From the NCBI GenBank assembly GCA_963746955.1, contig CAVVDR010000026.1:8852-72851 (forward strand): a stretch of DNA of 64,000 bases, in the 5' to 3' direction. Position numbers and translations under genes: made by a program. The notes below the pieces were generated by a model. It worked only from the letters and a program-made list of their open reading frames with translations, was not told the origin of the DNA and did no database searches. This DNA is from an uncultured beta proteobacterium (lineage in GTDB: Bacteria; Pseudomonadota; Gammaproteobacteria; Burkholderiales; Thiobacillaceae). Positions 9,147 to 21,223 of the stretch are shown here, piece by piece (the stretch's first letter is position 1; each line of letters begins with the position of its first letter).

Positions 9147-10244
9147 TCAGGCGCCCGCAGCTTTTGCCCGCGCTGCCGATTCAGCAAGCTGACGATCCAC
9201 TGCATCCTGATCCCAGCCCTCGCTCGCCCAGCCGGCCAGGTTTTCCAGGGCAATACTACCGAGTGCATCGATCCAGGCCGCTGACTCGTTGAGGGCGGGA
9301 ATGTAGTGGAAGGATTTTCCGCCTGCGCTGAGGAAGCTGTCTCGCCCTTCCATGGCAATTTCCTCCAGGGTTTCCAGGCAGTCCGCAACAAAGCCGGGGC
9401 AGACGACATCCACGCGTTGAGTGCCCGCCTTGCCCAGTTCTTCCAGGGTCTTGTCGGTATAGGGTTTAAGCCACTCGGCCTTGCCGAAGCGGGACTGAAA
9501 GGTGAGCCGGAATTGTTCCTTCGGCCAGCCCAGTCGTTCCATCAGCAGGCGTCCGGTCTTCTGGCATTCGCAATGGTAGGGGTCGCCCTTGTCGAGCGTG
9601 TAGCGGGGCAGGCCGTGAAAGCTCATGACCAGCATGTCCGGGCGGCCCTCGCGTTGCCAGTAGTCGCGGATGTTGGCGGCCAGCGCGTTGATGTAGGCAG
9701 GGTGATCGTGAAAATGCTTGATCGTGCGCAGCGCGGGCTGGTTGCGGACACGCGCAAGATGTTGGGCAACGGCATCAATGGCGGTCCCGGTGGATGACGC
9801 GGCATACTGGGGATAGAGAGGCAGGATCAGGATACGGTCGCAGCCGAAGGATTTCAGCTTGTCCAGTCCGCCGGCGATGGAGGGCTGGCCATAGCGCATG
9901 GCGTATTCAAGCTTGAGAGGTGACTTGATTCGCTCGCCCAGCCAGCCTTTGAGCAGCTTGAGCTGTTTTTCGGTGTGGACTTTCAGCGGCGAGCCTTCCG
10001 GCGTCCAGATGGAAGCGTATTTCCTGGCCGACTTCTTGGGCCGCAGATTGAGGACCACGCCGTTCAGGATCATCCACCAGAGTGCCTTGGGGATTTCCAC
10101 TACGCGCGGGTCGGAAAGGAATTCCTTCAGATAGGTGCGCAGCGCGGCGGGCGTGGGTGCGTCAGGGGTGCCAAGATTGACCAGCAGAATGCCGGTGCGC
10201 GCCAGGCTATCGTGCTTGAATTCGGGTTCCTGCAAATAAGTCAT
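9147..10244 (-). CDS. hemH: Ferrochelatase
   Basis: 365 aa with ferrochelatase hallmarks [11 protein letters not shown] and MSFHGLP. Confidence 0.93.
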   Translation of the reverse strand: MTYLQEPEFKHDSLARTGILLVNLGTPDAPTPAALRTYLKEFLSDPRVVEIPKALWWMILNGVVLNLRPKKSARKYASIWTPEGSPLKVHTEKQLKLLKGWLGERIKSPLKLEYAMRYGQPSIAGGLDKLKSFGCDRILILPLYPQYAASSTGTAIDAVAQHLARVRNQPALRTIKHFHDHPAYINALAANIRDYWQREGRPDMLVMSFHGLPRYTLDKGDPYHCECQKTGRLLMERLGWPKEQFRLTFQSRFGKAEWLKPYTDKTLEELGKAGTQRVDVVCPGFVADCLETLEEIAMEGRDSFLSAGGKSFHYIPALNESAAWIDALGSIALENLAGWASEGWDQDAVDRQLAESAARAKAAGA

Positions 10245-10262
10245 CGAGGGTGGCTTTAGCGT

Positions 10263-11279
10263 CTAGTGTTGGGAAAGGGCGTTGGATAGCAGGCGGGCAG
10301 TGATGTCGACGATGGGGATGACCCGCTCGTAAGCCATGCGCGTGGGGCCCACCACGCCGAGCGTGCCGACCACCTGCCCATCGACTTCATAGCGGGCAGT
10401 CACCATGCTGCACTCATCCAGAGGCAGCAGTTCGGAATCCCCTCCTATGAATATCTGCACGCCCTGGGCGGAACGGGACTGCTCCAGCAACTGCAGCAAG
10501 GTGGTCTTTTGCTCGAATGCATCAAACAGTTTGCGCAGCCTATGTACATTGGCCGAGAGCTCTTCCACGTTGAGCAGGTTGCGGCTGCCCGAGACCACCA
10601 CCGGATCCCTGCCGGATTCCAGCGCTTCGCTGCCCGCATCCACGGCGGCTGACAGCAGGCGGGTCATGTCGTCGCGCAGTCTGCCCAATTCCTCTTTAAG
10701 CTTGAGTTTGACCTGGTCAAAGGTCAGGCCGGCAAAGTGATGGTTGAAGTAATTGCCGGATTCAATGAGTTGACTCTGGCTGTAGGAACGCTCGGTCACC
10801 AATACGCGGTTCTCCACCTCGCCTTCCTGGGTAACGATGATGAGCAGCACCCGCTTGTCGGACAGGCTCAGGAATTCGACCTGACGGAAGGCAGGGTTTC
10901 GCCTTGGCGCCAGCACCAAGCCGGCGAATTGAGTCAGTTCGGACAGGAGATTGGACGCCGAGGCGATGAGCCTTTGCGGATCATTGGGCGCCAACTGATG
11001 TTCCATCTGGCTGCGTGCGATGCTTTCCAGCGGGCGTACGGTCAGCAGGCGGTCAACGAAGAACCGGTAGCCTTTGGGCGTCGGTATCCGGCCCGCCGAG
11101 GTGTGCGGGCTTATGACGAAGCCGAGGTCCTCAAGATCGGCCATGATGTTGCGTATGCTCGCCGGTGACAGATCAAGCCCGGAATGCTTGGACAGGGTGC
11201 GCGAGCCCACCGGCTCTCCCTCGGTGATGTAGCGTTCAACCAGGGTTTTCAGCAGGATACGCGCGCGGTCGGTTAGCAT
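10263..11279 (-). CDS. hrcA: Heat-inducible transcription repressor HrcA
   Basis: 338 aa. N-terminal winged helix ([27 protein letters not shown]) and a C-terminal HrcA domain. Confidence 0.93.
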   Translation of the reverse strand: MLTDRARILLKTLVERYITEGEPVGSRTLSKHSGLDLSPASIRNIMADLEDLGFVISPHTSAGRIPTPKGYRFFVDRLLTVRPLESIARSQMEHQLAPNDPQRLIASASNLLSELTQFAGLVLAPRRNPAFRQVEFLSLSDKRVLLIIVTQEGEVENRVLVTERSYSQSQLIESGNYFNHHFAGLTFDQVKLKLKEELGRLRDDMTRLLSAAVDAGSEALESGRDPVVVSGSRNLLNVEELSANVHRLRKLFDAFEQKTTLLQLLEQSRSAQGVQIFIGGDSELLPLDECSMVTARYEVDGQVVGTLGVVGPTRMAYERVIPIVDITARLLSNALSQH

Positions 11280-11314
11280 AGTTTCATTCTAATACGGCCC
11301 GTATAATTCACAGC

Positions 11315-12187
11315 ATGAACACGCCATTTAGGACCGTTGCCCTGGTGAGCAAGTACGACAGCGTCGGGATCGCGGAGTCTGTCCTGTGTCTCGCCCGATT
11401 TCTGGTGCATCGCGGCTATCAGGTTGTAATCGCCCGGCAGACCGCCGAAAAGCTCGATATCCCCGGCTACCGGCTGGAGAGCCTGACGGATATCGGGCAA
11501 TTGGCCGATGTCGCAGTGGTGCTCGGCGGTGACGGAACCATCCTCTCGATTGCACGCGTGCTCGCACCCTTTGGAGTTCCGATCATCGGCGTCAATCAGG
11601 GACGACTGGGCTTTCTGACGGATATCTCGTTGGCCGAAATGGAAACCAACCTGGCCGCCATGCTGGCTGGCAAGTTCCAGGCGGAAAACCGGATACTGCT
11701 CAAGGCCCGGGTGATTCGGGACCAAGAAATCATCACCGAAGCCTGTGCGTTCAATGACGTGGTGGTCAGCAAGGGGGGGGCAGGTCGGCTGATCGAGATT
11801 GAGGTTTCGATCGACGAAGAGTTCGTCTACAGTCAACGCTCCGACGGCCTGGTCGTGGCCACGCCCACCGGTTCTACGGCATATGCCCTGTCGGCTGGCG
11901 GCCCCATTCTGCATCCCACATTGGATGCAATCGTTCTGGTGCCCATCTGTCCGCATTCCTTCTCGGCCCGGCCGATCGCGATCAATGGAGATTCTCATGT
12001 GCAAGTCCACATCATGTTTGCCGATGACTGCCGGGTACATTTCGACGGGCAACGCAATGCCGACCTGAAAGTGGGCGACCAGGTGCAGATCTACCGTGCC
12101 GTCACGCCTGCGACCCTGCTGCATCCTTTGGATCACAGCTATTACTCGACCCTGCGGCAAAAACTGCATTGGGGGCATCAGCTCTAG
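11315..12187 (+). CDS. nadK: NAD kinase
   Basis: 290 aa with the GGDGT motif (VVLGGDGTILS). Divergent from hrcA and followed by recN, an arrangement common in proteobacteria. Confidence 0.92.
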   Translation: MNTPFRTVALVSKYDSVGIAESVLCLARFLVHRGYQVVIARQTAEKLDIPGYRLESLTDIGQLADVAVVLGGDGTILSIARVLAPFGVPIIGVNQGRLGFLTDISLAEMETNLAAMLAGKFQAENRILLKARVIRDQEIITEACAFNDVVVSKGGAGRLIEIEVSIDEEFVYSQRSDGLVVATPTGSTAYALSAGGPILHPTLDAIVLVPICPHSFSARPIAINGDSHVQVHIMFADDCRVHFDGQRNADLKVGDQVQIYRAVTPATLLHPLDHSYYSTLRQKLHWGHQL

Positions 12188-12196
12188 GAACCCGAG

Positions 12197-13864
12197 ATGT
12201 TACGCAACGTCAGCCTGCGCGACTTCGTCCTGGTGGAGCAGCTGGAAGTGAGTTTCCGGCCGGGGTTGACCGTGCTGACCGGGGAGACGGGTGCGGGGAA
12301 GTCTTTGCTGGTAGATGCCCTGGCCCTGGTCCTGGGCGCGCGCGGCGATACCGGAATGATCCGCCAGGGCGCCGAGCGGGCGGAAATCAGCGCGGAATTC
12401 GACGTGACGTCGCTGCGCGAATGCCGGACGTGGCTGGACGAAGCCGGGCTGGCCACCGAGCCGGGTGAGTGCCTGCTAAGGCGCGTCATTGATTCAGGCG
12501 GACGGTCGCGCGCATTCATCAATGGTTCCGCCGTTACCCTCACGCAGCTCAAGCAGATTGGCGACCTGCTGGTGGACATCCACGGCCAGCAAGCCCATCA
12601 CACTCTGCTAAGAACCGAGGTGCAACGCAATTTGCTCGACAGCTATGGCGGTTGCGAATCAGCCGTACAGCAAGTGGGGCAGGCCTGGCGAACATGGAAA
12701 GCAGGGCGCAGCCGTCTGGAGGAAGCCCATACGCTGGGGCGCGAACGGGCGATGGAGCGCGAAGCGCTCACTGCTGCGCTGGCGGATCTGCTGCCCGCCC
12801 AGGCGGACATCGGCGCATGGAACGAGCTGCAGGCGGAGCATGGCCGCCTGTCACACAGCACGGCACTGATGGAAGGATGCGCCCAGACTCTGACGTCGCT
12901 GGACGAGGGCGATGACCCCGTGCTGTCGCGTCTGGGCGGTCTGGAGCGCCGCATGGGCGAACTGGCAGGCTACGATGCGGCGCTCGCACCGATCCGCGAA
13001 TTCATCGCATCCGGCCAAGCCCAGCTCGGTGAGGCGGCTCATGAGCTGCGGCGTTATGCCGACCGGCTCAGTCTGGACCCGGCTCGCCTGGAGGAGTTGG
13101 ATCGGCGCATGGGCGAAGTTCACCGCCTTTCGCGCAAACACCGGCTGCCGCCCGAACAACTGATCGAATTGATTCACGATATGCAATCTCGGCTGGATGC
13201 CTTGAATGACGCAGATAACGTGGAGGCCCTGCGGCGTGCAGAGGAGGCGGCGGCAGCCAAGTATAAGGATCTGGCGGGACAACTTGGGCGGCTGCGCAAA
13301 CAGGCCGGGAAGGATTTGGCGCGCAGCGTGAACAGCGCCTTGTCAGAGCTGGCGCTTGCCGATGCGCGCTTTGAAGTTCGCCTGGAGGCCCTCGACGATC
13401 CCCGCGCCGTGGGCATGGAGGAGGTCGGGTTTTTCGTCTCACCCCATAGTGGTCTGCCCGCCGGTCCGCTGGAGAAGATTGCCTCCGGCGGCGAGTTGTC
13501 GCGCATCAGTCTGGCCATTCAGACGGCCGTGTCAGGGCAGGCCGGAGTGCCGACCTTGATTCTGGATGAAGTCGATGTGGGCATAGGCGGCGCGGTTGCC
13601 GAAGCAGTTGGCCGCCGTTTGGCTCAGTTGGGCAAATCCAAGCAGGTGCTGGTCATTACCCACCTGCCGCAGGTTGCGTCCTGGGGTGATCAGCATCTAC
13701 TGGTCAGCAAGTCGGTAGTTGATGAGAAATTGCAAAGCGATATCCGGCCGCTGGACAACCGCGCAAGGGTGGAGGAAATCGCCCGTATGCTGGGCGGGCT
13801 GGAAATAACCCAGACCACGCGCAGGCATGCGCAGGAGATGCTGGAACTCGCCGTGGAGCGGTGA
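12197..13864 (+). CDS. recN: DNA repair protein RecN
   Basis: 555 aa SMC-like ATPase with Walker A GETGAGKS, signature SGGELSR and Walker B LILDEVD. Confidence 0.95.
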   Translation: MLRNVSLRDFVLVEQLEVSFRPGLTVLTGETGAGKSLLVDALALVLGARGDTGMIRQGAERAEISAEFDVTSLRECRTWLDEAGLATEPGECLLRRVIDSGGRSRAFINGSAVTLTQLKQIGDLLVDIHGQQAHHTLLRTEVQRNLLDSYGGCESAVQQVGQAWRTWKAGRSRLEEAHTLGRERAMEREALTAALADLLPAQADIGAWNELQAEHGRLSHSTALMEGCAQTLTSLDEGDDPVLSRLGGLERRMGELAGYDAALAPIREFIASGQAQLGEAAHELRRYADRLSLDPARLEELDRRMGEVHRLSRKHRLPPEQLIELIHDMQSRLDALNDADNVEALRRAEEAAAAKYKDLAGQLGRLRKQAGKDLARSVNSALSELALADARFEVRLEALDDPRAVGMEEVGFFVSPHSGLPAGPLEKIASGGELSRISLAIQTAVSGQAGVPTLILDEVDVGIGGAVAEAVGRRLAQLGKSKQVLVITHLPQVASWGDQHLLVSKSVVDEKLQSDIRPLDNRARVEEIARMLGGLEITQTTRRHAQEMLELAVER

Positions 13865-13991
13865 GGGTACGAGCAGGAAAGAGGTGCCCCGCTTGCGCGG
13901 ATCCGCATGTCTGCGAGCGCCCTCCGCTCCCGCGGCGCGGGCTTATGAAACCAGGATGCAGGTGGCGGAGGGGGCGGGGTCTGACGGGCGC

Positions 13992-14462
13992 TTACTTGTG
14001 CGGCCGATAGGGGCAGTGTTCCTTCGTGCAATCGGCGTAAATCTGCAGTGAATGATCATGAATGGAAAAGCCGCGCTGCTCGGCAATCTTGTTTTGCCGC
14101 TTTTCGATTTCCGCATCGAGAAACTCTTCCACGCGACCGCATTGCATGCAAACCAGATGGTCATGGTGGTTGCCCTGATTCAGTTCGAACACGGCCTTCT
14201 CGGAGTCAAAATGGTGACGTATCAAGAGGCCCGCCTGTTCGAACTGGGTCAGTACCCGATAGACCGTCGCCAAGCCGATATCGTGGCCTTCGTCAGACAG
14301 CAGACGGTAGACCTCCTCCGCGGTCATGTGGCGTTTCTCGCTGTGCTCGAAAATGTCCAGGATTTTCAAACGCGGCAGAGTTGCTTTAAGCCCGATGTTT
14401 TTCAGGTCACTAGGGGCGCTCACGAAAGCGGCTCCGAACTGAGAAAGAAAGTCAGTTATCAT
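13992..14462 (-). CDS. fur: Ferric uptake regulator
   Basis: Fur family, with the HHDHLVC and CMQCGRV metal sites. The track ORF extends to 14594, but that extension overlaps bamE. ATG 14462 gives 156 aa. Confidence 0.9.
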   Translation of the reverse strand: MITDFLSQFGAAFVSAPSDLKNIGLKATLPRLKILDIFEHSEKRHMTAEEVYRLLSDEGHDIGLATVYRVLTQFEQAGLLIRHHFDSEKAVFELNQGNHHDHLVCMQCGRVEEFLDAEIEKRQNKIAEQRGFSIHDHSLQIYADCTKEHCPYRPHK

Positions 14463-14493
14463 AGCGCCTTTCAGCACATGCGTCCCTAACAGA

Positions 14494-15648
14494 ATGCGGG
14501 TACCGCTCCTCCTCCTGACGGCACTATTTCTGGCAGCGTGTACCACTACCCAGCTGCCCATATCCCCGCACAAGATTGACGTGCAGCAGGGCAATGTTAT
14601 CGATCAGGAAGCGTTGGAAAAGCTGAAACCGGGCCTGACACGCTCCCAGGTCCGGTTTCTGCTGGGCACTCCTCTGCTGATCGATCCCTTCCGCGACAAC
14701 CGTTGGGACTACGTATACAACTATCGCAATGCCGGCAAGCTGACCGCGCAGAAGCGGCTTACGATATTCTTCGACCACGACGTGTTGAACCGGATCGAGA
14801 CCAGTGGTCTGGACCAGCCAACCGCTGCGCTGGCGCCGGCCGCAAACACCAGCGAGGTCAAGCCTCCACAGGCTGAGCCGGAAGGCAAGTCTGCGACGGG
14901 GACTGAGCTCCCGATTTCGCCACCCGCTGCCGCGGCCGCGATCGAGCCCCCTCGAGCGGCTCCCGATAATAAGGCCGTTGAGGAATCCCATGTCCAGCCC
15001 AAGTCTGCCATCGTTCAAGTGACGCAGCCAGCACCGCAGGCCACGGCCCGGGCGAGCACCCGCAGCCCGGCGAACCGCGTGCGAAGTGCAGCGCCATCGA
15101 CAGGCCGGTCCCGCGTCAAGACCAGCGTAGTTCCGCCTCTGGCCGCTACCGGCGCAACATCGCGTCCCATGAAAATTGAGAATTCTTCCCCTCAGTCCCT
15201 GGTCTTGCGGCGCGAAACCGACGTGGCACGCTTAAAGCCGGATGTAATGCCGGATTCTCCGCAGACGACTGCGGCGTCCGAAGTCGAAGCTCCGGTGCTG
15301 GCAGCGGCCCAAGCGTGGGCCAAAGCCTGGTCGGACCGGGATGAAGAGGCGTATCTGGCGGCGTATGCAAGCGAATTCAAGCCGACGGGCGGCTTTGACA
15401 AGGCCGAGTGGGAAAGGCGCCGTCGCCTCCTGCTCAATCTGTCGAAAAAGATCGAGGTGCGGATCGAGTCCCCGGTGGTGGAGTTTCCTGCCGAAGGTCG
15501 GGCGCTGATTACCTTCAATCAGTATTACCGCTCCGCCACCTATCATGACACCGTGGTCAAGCAACTGTTGATGGGCTTGCAGAACGGCCGTTGGCTGATC
15601 CTGGAAGAAAAGGTGCTTCCTGTCCTGCCCGGAAGGAACAAGAAATGA
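14494..15648 (+). CDS. bamE: Outer-membrane assembly lipoprotein BamE (SmpA/OmlA) fused to a Pro/Ala-rich linker and a C-terminal NTF2/SnoaL-like domain
   Basis: Lipobox LFLAAC. A BamE core ([29 protein letters not shown]...DRWDYVY) occupies the first ~105 aa, followed by ~180 aa of low complexity and a ~100 aa globular tail ([18 protein letters not shown]...NGRWLILEE). Divergent from fur, like omlA-fur in Pseudomonas. Confidence 0.8.
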   Translation: MRVPLLLLTALFLAACTTTQLPISPHKIDVQQGNVIDQEALEKLKPGLTRSQVRFLLGTPLLIDPFRDNRWDYVYNYRNAGKLTAQKRLTIFFDHDVLNRIETSGLDQPTAALAPAANTSEVKPPQAEPEGKSATGTELPISPPAAAAAIEPPRAAPDNKAVEESHVQPKSAIVQVTQPAPQATARASTRSPANRVRSAAPSTGRSRVKTSVVPPLAATGATSRPMKIENSSPQSLVLRRETDVARLKPDVMPDSPQTTAASEVEAPVLAAAQAWAKAWSDRDEEAYLAAYASEFKPTGGFDKAEWERRRRLLLNLSKKIEVRIESPVVEFPAEGRALITFNQYYRSATYHDTVVKQLLMGLQNGRWLILEEKVLPVLPGRNKK

Positions 15649-16448
15649 GCGCGTTGCAAACTGTCATAGCGGGTGTTTCCGGCCGCATGGGCCGCGCGCT
15701 GCTGGAGGCCGTGGCTCAGGACACAGCCTTTGCACTGCATGGCGCGCTGGATCGCGTGGGCAGCCCGTCGATCGGGCAGGTTGCAGGGATGTTGGGTGGC
15801 GGGACCGGAGTACACATCACCAGCGATACGGCATCTGCGCTTGTGGGCGCAGATGTGCTGGTTGATTTTACGCGCCCGCAAGCCACGCTTGGCTATCTCG
15901 ATGCCTGCAGCAAAGCCGGGGTCAATCTGGTTATCGGTACGACCGGCTTCGATGTGGGGGGTAAGGCCGCCATTGAAGCGGCGGCAAGAGATGTCGGCGT
16001 TGTCTTCGCGCCCAATTTCAGCGTGGGTGTCAATCTGCTGCTAAAGCTGGCCGAAACGGCTGCGCGCGTGTTGAATGAAGGTTACGACATCGAAATCATC
16101 GAAGCCCATCACCGACACAAGGTTGATGCCCCCTCGGGCACTGCGCTGGCCTTGGGTCAGGCCGCAGCAAGTGTGTTGGGGCGCGACCTCAAGACCTGCG
16201 GGGTGTATGGCCGCGAGGGCGTGACCGGCGAGCGCCGACCCGACACCATAGGTTTCGCAACGGTGCGCGGCGGCGATATCGTCGGCGACCACACACTTTT
16301 GTTTGCGGGCATCGGAGAGCGCGTCGAACTTACCCATAAGGCCAGCAGCCGCGCCACCTTCGCCCACGGCGCTCTGCGCGCGGCCAAGTGGCTGCACGAC
16401 AAGGGACCTGGGCTGTATAACATGCGCGACGTGCTGGGGTTGAAGTAG
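15645..16448 (+). CDS. dapB: 4-hydroxy-tetrahydrodipicolinate reductase
   Basis: Motif [19 protein letters not shown] overlap with the bamE stop. The track start at 15591 is trimmed. Confidence 0.95.
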   Translation: MSALQTVIAGVSGRMGRALLEAVAQDTAFALHGALDRVGSPSIGQVAGMLGGGTGVHITSDTASALVGADVLVDFTRPQATLGYLDACSKAGVNLVIGTTGFDVGGKAAIEAAARDVGVVFAPNFSVGVNLLLKLAETAARVLNEGYDIEIIEAHHRHKVDAPSGTALALGQAAASVLGRDLKTCGVYGREGVTGERRPDTIGFATVRGGDIVGDHTLLFAGIGERVELTHKASSRATFAHGALRAAKWLHDKGPGLYNMRDVLGLK

Positions 16449-16457
16449 GCTTGCATC

Positions 16458-16712
16458 ATGAATAGAGTCAAGGTCTACACTACAGGCACCTGTCCCGTTT
16501 GCGTCAAAGCCAAAAGCTTTCTGGACAGGCGTGGCATTGCCTACGACGAGGTCCGTATCGATCTGGATCGCGCAGCCTTGAAGGAATTCTCTGTGGTGAC
16601 CAATGGGGCCCGCACCGTGCCGCAGATTGTGGTGGATGGAAAGTGTATCGGCGGGTTCACCGAGTTGACTGAACTACATATGGATGGCGGGCTGGATCAT
16701 TTGCTGACTTGA
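16458..16712 (+). CDS. grxC: Glutaredoxin 3
   Basis: 84 aa with the CPVC active site and the TVPQIVVDG motif. Confidence 0.9.
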   Translation: MNRVKVYTTGTCPVCVKAKSFLDRRGIAYDEVRIDLDRAALKEFSVVTNGARTVPQIVVDGKCIGGFTELTELHMDGGLDHLLT

Positions 16713-16766
16713 CCCCGCGGAAGCTGTGCCGTCAGAAGGTTTGGCAAAACCCGACTCAAATCCGCT

Positions 16767-16795
16767 TTGTCCTGGCGTCGCATCCAAGGTATAAT
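16767..16795 (+). promoter_or_regulatory. Sigma-70-like promoter upstream of carA (TTGTCC-17 nt-TATAAT)
   Basis: A perfect -10 hexamer with a 17-nt spacer and a 4/6 -35 element, about 65 nt upstream of the carA ATG. Confidence 0.45.
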
Positions 16796-16859
16796 TCACC
16801 CTCAATTCGGGCCCGTCAGGCCCCTCCCGCTCTGCCCTGTCTCACGCCGCCCCGCAACT

Positions 16860-18005
16860 ATGGAGTTTCCAGTGCCCAAGGCCCAGCCTGCCCTTCTTGC
16901 GCTTGCCGACGGCTCGGTGTTTCGCGGTCTTTCCATCGGCGCTGACGGCATGACGACCGGTGAGGTGGTGTTCAATACCGCGCTGACGGGGTATCAGGAA
17001 ATCCTCACCGACCCGTCCTATTCCCGCCAGATTGTCACGCTGACTTATCCGCACATCGGCAACTACGGCGTGAATGCCGAGGACGTGGAGGCCGAGCGCA
17101 TCCATGCCGCTGGCCTGGTGGTGCGCGATGTGCCCAGGCTGTATTCCAACTTCCGCGCTAGCCAGTCGCTCAGCAGTTACCTCGTAACCCAGAACATCGT
17201 TGCAATCGCCGATATAGACACGCGCCGCTTGACGCGCATTTTGCGCGAGCATGGCGCGCAGGACGGTTGCATCATGGCGGGGCGCATTGACGAAAGCGAG
17301 GCGCTGACCCGGGCGCGTGCCTTCCCGGGACTGGCAGGCATGGATCTGGCGCAGGTGGTGACGTGCGATCAGGTGCACGAATGGGAGGAAGGGGAGTGGA
17401 GCCTCGGCAAAGGATATGGGTCGCGCAATCAGGACAGTTTCCATGTCGTCGCCTATGACTATGGCGTCAAGCGCAACATTCTGCGCATGCTGGCGGGGCG
17501 CGGTTGTCGCTTGACGGTGGTGCCGGCCAGGACTTCCGCCGCCGAAGTGCTGGCCATGAATCCCGATGGCGTGTTTCTCTCCAACGGTCCCGGCGACCCG
17601 GAGCCCTGCGATTATGCGATCGCTGCGATTCGGCACATCGTGGACAAGAAGGTTCCGACCTTTGGCATCTGCCTGGGCCACCAACTGCTGGCGCTGGCAT
17701 CGGGCGCCAAGACCTTGAAAATGAAATTTGGCCATCACGGCGCGAATCATCCGGTAAAAGACCTGGAGTCCGGCCGGGTCGCAATCACCAGCCAGAACCA
17801 CGGCTTTGCTGTAGATGCCGCCACCTTGCCCGGCAACCTCAAGCCCACTCATGTTTCGCTGTTTGACGGCAGCCTGCAGGGCGTGGTCCGCACCGACGCA
17901 CTTGCGTTTTCCTTCCAGGGACACCCGGAGGCAAGTCCGGGCCCGCACGACGTCAGCTATCTGTTCGACCGCTTCATATCGATGATGGAAAAGACGCACC
18001 GCTGA
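16860..18005 (+). CDS. carA: Carbamoyl-phosphate synthase small (glutaminase) subunit
   Basis: 381 aa from ATG 16860. GATase triad context GICLGHQ. The track start at 16767 overlaps the promoter and is trimmed. Confidence 0.95.
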   Translation: MEFPVPKAQPALLALADGSVFRGLSIGADGMTTGEVVFNTALTGYQEILTDPSYSRQIVTLTYPHIGNYGVNAEDVEAERIHAAGLVVRDVPRLYSNFRASQSLSSYLVTQNIVAIADIDTRRLTRILREHGAQDGCIMAGRIDESEALTRARAFPGLAGMDLAQVVTCDQVHEWEEGEWSLGKGYGSRNQDSFHVVAYDYGVKRNILRMLAGRGCRLTVVPARTSAAEVLAMNPDGVFLSNGPGDPEPCDYAIAAIRHIVDKKVPTFGICLGHQLLALASGAKTLKMKFGHHGANHPVKDLESGRVAITSQNHGFAVDAATLPGNLKPTHVSLFDGSLQGVVRTDALAFSFQGHPEASPGPHDVSYLFDRFISMMEKTHR

Positions 18006-18006
18006 C

Positions 18007-21000
18007 ATGCCAAGAAGACCCGACATCCACAGCATCCTCATCATCGGTGCTGGCCCCATCATCATCGGCCAGGCGTGCGAGTTCGACTATTCCGGCGCGC
18101 AGGCCTGCAAGGCGCTGAAGGAAGAAGGCTACAAGGTCATCCTGGTCAACTCCAACCCAGCCACCATCATGACGGATCCGGATATGGCGGACGTGACCTA
18201 CATCGAGCCGATCACCTGGCAGGTGGTGGCCAAGATCATCGAAAAGGAACGCCCGGATGCTTTGTTGCCGACCATGGGCGGGCAGACTGCGCTGAACTGT
18301 GCGCTCGATCTGGCCAAGCATGGCGTTCTCGACCAGTATGGCGTCGAGATGATAGGCGCCAAGAAGGAAGCGATCGACAAGGCCGAGGACCGCGAAAAAT
18401 TCAAGCAGGCGATGACCCGAATCGGTCTCGGCTCGGCACGCTCCGGCATTGCCCACAGCCTGGAAGAGGCGAAGCAGGTCCAGGCCGGCCTGGGCTTTCC
18501 CGTCATCATCCGTCCGTCGTTCACCATGGGTGGAACGGGCGGGGGCATTGCCTATCACATGGACGAATTCGTCGAGATCTGCAATCGTGGTCTGGAAGCG
18601 TCGCCGACCCACGAACTGTTGATCGAAGAGTCGCTGATCGGCTGGAAAGAATACGAGATGGAAGTGGTGCGCGACTACAAGGACAACTGCATCATTGTCT
18701 GTTCGATCGAAAACTTCGATCCGATGGGCGTGCATACCGGCGATTCGATCACCGTGGCGCCCGCGCAAACGCTGACCGACAAGGAATACCAGATCATGCG
18801 CGACGCCTCGTTGGCGGTGCTGCGCGAAATCGGCGTCGATACCGGCGGCTCAAATGTGCAGTTTTCCACTAATCCGGCAGATGGCCGCATGGTGGTAATT
18901 GAGATGAATCCGCGTGTATCGCGCTCGTCTGCGCTCGCCTCCAAGGCCACGGGTTTCCCCATTGCCAAGGTCGCGGCCAAGCTGGCGGTCGGCTATACGC
19001 TGGACGAGCTTGCCAATGACATTACCGGCGGCGCGACGCCCGCTTCGTTCGAGCCATCGATTGACTACGTCGTCACCAAGATTCCGCGTTTTGCCTTCGA
19101 GAAATTTCCGCAGGCAAACAACCGCCTGACCACGCAGATGAAGTCCGTCGGTGAGGTGATGGCCATCGGCCGTACATTCCAGGAATCGCTGCAGAAGGCA
19201 CTACGCGGCCTTGAAGTCGGGGCGGACGGACTGGACGAAAGAACCAGCGACAAGGATGTAATTGAGGCGGAACTGGGCGATGCCGGCGCCGAGCGCGTCT
19301 GGTATGTGGCCGATGCCTTTCGCGCTGGAATGATGCTCGAACAGATTCATGCGCAAACCCGCATCGATCCCTGGTTCCTGCACATGATCCAGGAGATTGT
19401 CGAGACCGAGAGTGAACTTAGACAAAAGACTCTAGCCGACTTGGACAAGGACGGCATTTGGCGTTTGAAACGCATGGGATTTTCAGACTGCCGGATCGGC
19501 AGGCTGCTGGGGGTTGAGCAAGACGAGGTGCGCGCGCACCGCTGGCATCTGGACGTTCATCCGGTATACAAGCGGGTGGACACCTGCGCGGCGGAATTCG
19601 CTACGCCGACCGCTTACATGTACTCCACTTATGAGGAAGAGTGCGAGGCCAACCCCACCGCAAGAAAAAAGATCATGGTATTGGGGGGAGGGCCGAATCG
19701 CATCGGCCAGGGCATCGAGTTCGATTACTGCTGCGTGCATGCCGCCCAGGCGTTGCGCGAGGACGGCTATGAAACCATCATGGTCAACTGCAATCCGGAA
19801 ACCGTATCCACCGACTACGATACCTCCGACCGTCTTTATTTCGAGCCGCTGACGCTCGAGGACGTGCTGGAAATCGTGCGGGTCGAAAAGCCGGACGGTG
19901 TGATCGTGCAGTATGGCGGGCAGACGCCGCTGAAACTGGCGCGCGATCTCGAGAAAAATGGCGTGCCTATCATCGGCACCACGCCGGACATGATCGATGC
20001 GGCCGAGGATCGCGAACGCTTCCAGCAGATGCTGCATCGGTTGGGCCTGAAGCAGCCGCCCAACCGCACGGCGCGCGCGCCCGAGCAGGCGCTGGTGCTG
20101 GCCGAGGAAATCGGCTATCCGCTTGTAGTACGGCCTTCCTATGTACTGGGCGGGCGCGCGATGGAAATCGTGCGCGAAGAGGCCGACCTCAAGCGTTACA
20201 TGACCGAGGCGGTAAAAGTGTCCAATGATTCGCCGGTCCTTCTCGACCGTTTCCTCGATGACGCAATCGAGGTCGATGTGGACGCATTGTCCGATGGCGA
20301 AGATGTGCTGATCGGCGGCATCATGCAGCACATTGAGCAAGCCGGCGTGCATTCGGGCGATTCGGCCTGCTCGCTGCCGCCCTACAGCCTGTCTGCCGCC
20401 ATCCAGGACGAGCTGCGCAGTCAAACCGTGGCCATGGCCAAGGCATTGAATGTGGTGGGACTGATGAACGTGCAGTTTGCCATCCAGGGCAAAACCATCT
20501 ATGTGCTGGAGGTGAATCCGCGCGCCTCGCGCACCGTGCCGTTCGTATCCAAGGCCATCGGCGTGCCGCTCGCCAAGGTGGCTGCGCGCTGCATGGCGGG
20601 GAAGAGCCTGGTCAGCCAAAACATGACTCGTGAACGCATTCCGCCGTATTATTCGGTGAAGGAAGCGGTTTTTCCGTTCCGCAAGTTTCCGGGCGTGGAC
20701 CCGATGCTGGGGCCTGAAATGAAATCCACCGGTGAGGTCATGGGGGTGGGGGACAGCTTCGCGGAAGCCTTCGTCAAATCCCAGATCGGCGCCGGCGAAA
20801 CCCTGCCGGCCAAGGGCAAGGTGTTTATCAGCGTGCGCGCGGTGGATCGCCCGCAAGGCGCGGAACTGGCAAGGAGCTTCCACGGTCTCGGTTTTAGTGT
20901 GCTTGCCACGCGCGGCACCGGCCAGGCAATTGCCGAGTCGGGCACCCCCGTCACAATCGTCAACAAGGTGACGGAAGGTCGCCCCAACATCGTGGACATG

Positions 21001-21210
21001 ATCAAGAACAACGAGGTCGTTCTCATCATAAACGTGGTGGATGACAAACGCGCGGTGAAGGATTCCTATTCCATACGCGCGGAGGCGCTGGGGCGGCGCG
21101 TGGCTTATTTCACCACGCTGGCCGGCGCCAGGGCTGCGTGTATGGGACTGGCGCATTCCAGTGAATTGCAGGTGTATTCCCTGCAGTCCTTGCACCTGAG
21201 AATTCAGTGA
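18007..21210 (+). CDS. carB: Carbamoyl-phosphate synthase large subunit
   Basis: 1067 aa with duplicated ATP-grasp halves and an MGS-like C-terminal domain. Confidence 0.97.
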   Translation: MPRRPDIHSILIIGAGPIIIGQACEFDYSGAQACKALKEEGYKVILVNSNPATIMTDPDMADVTYIEPITWQVVAKIIEKERPDALLPTMGGQTALNCALDLAKHGVLDQYGVEMIGAKKEAIDKAEDREKFKQAMTRIGLGSARSGIAHSLEEAKQVQAGLGFPVIIRPSFTMGGTGGGIAYHMDEFVEICNRGLEASPTHELLIEESLIGWKEYEMEVVRDYKDNCIIVCSIENFDPMGVHTGDSITVAPAQTLTDKEYQIMRDASLAVLREIGVDTGGSNVQFSTNPADGRMVVIEMNPRVSRSSALASKATGFPIAKVAAKLAVGYTLDELANDITGGATPASFEPSIDYVVTKIPRFAFEKFPQANNRLTTQMKSVGEVMAIGRTFQESLQKALRGLEVGADGLDERTSDKDVIEAELGDAGAERVWYVADAFRAGMMLEQIHAQTRIDPWFLHMIQEIVETESELRQKTLADLDKDGIWRLKRMGFSDCRIGRLLGVEQDEVRAHRWHLDVHPVYKRVDTCAAEFATPTAYMYSTYEEECEANPTARKKIMVLGGGPNRIGQGIEFDYCCVHAAQALREDGYETIMVNCNPETVSTDYDTSDRLYFEPLTLEDVLEIVRVEKPDGVIVQYGGQTPLKLARDLEKNGVPIIGTTPDMIDAAEDRERFQQMLHRLGLKQPPNRTARAPEQALVLAEEIGYPLVVRPSYVLGGRAMEIVREEADLKRYMTEAVKVSNDSPVLLDRFLDDAIEVDVDALSDGEDVLIGGIMQHIEQAGVHSGDSACSLPPYSLSAAIQDELRSQTVAMAKALNVVGLMNVQFAIQGKTIYVLEVNPRASRTVPFVSKAIGVPLAKVAARCMAGKSLVSQNMTRERIPPYYSVKEAVFPFRKFPGVDPMLGPEMKSTGEVMGVGDSFAEAFVKSQIGAGETLPAKGKVFISVRAVDRPQGAELARSFHGLGFSVLATRGTGQAIAESGTPVTIVNKVTEGRPNIVDMIKNNEVVLIINVVDDKRAVKDSYSIRAEALGRRVAYFTTLAGARAACMGLAHSSELQVYSLQSLHLRIQ

Positions 21211-21223
21211 AGGGGGGGCAACG

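Noticed and set aside
11280-11314. I looked for a CIRCE operator (TTAGCACTC-N9-GAGTGCTAA) in the 35-nt hrcA/nadK divergent region, and for a LexA box (CTGT-N8-ACAG) upstream of recN (12100-12196).
   Set aside because: Neither motif is present by eye, so no regulatory feature is called.
13865-13991. Nested inverted repeats between the convergent recN and fur genes (GCCCTCCGC ... GCGGAGGGGGC with an inner CCCGC-GGC-GCGGG).
   Set aside because: This is plausibly a bidirectional terminator. However, the arms are imperfect, the outer loop is about 38 nt and there is no T-tract on either side, so it is too weak to list as a feature.
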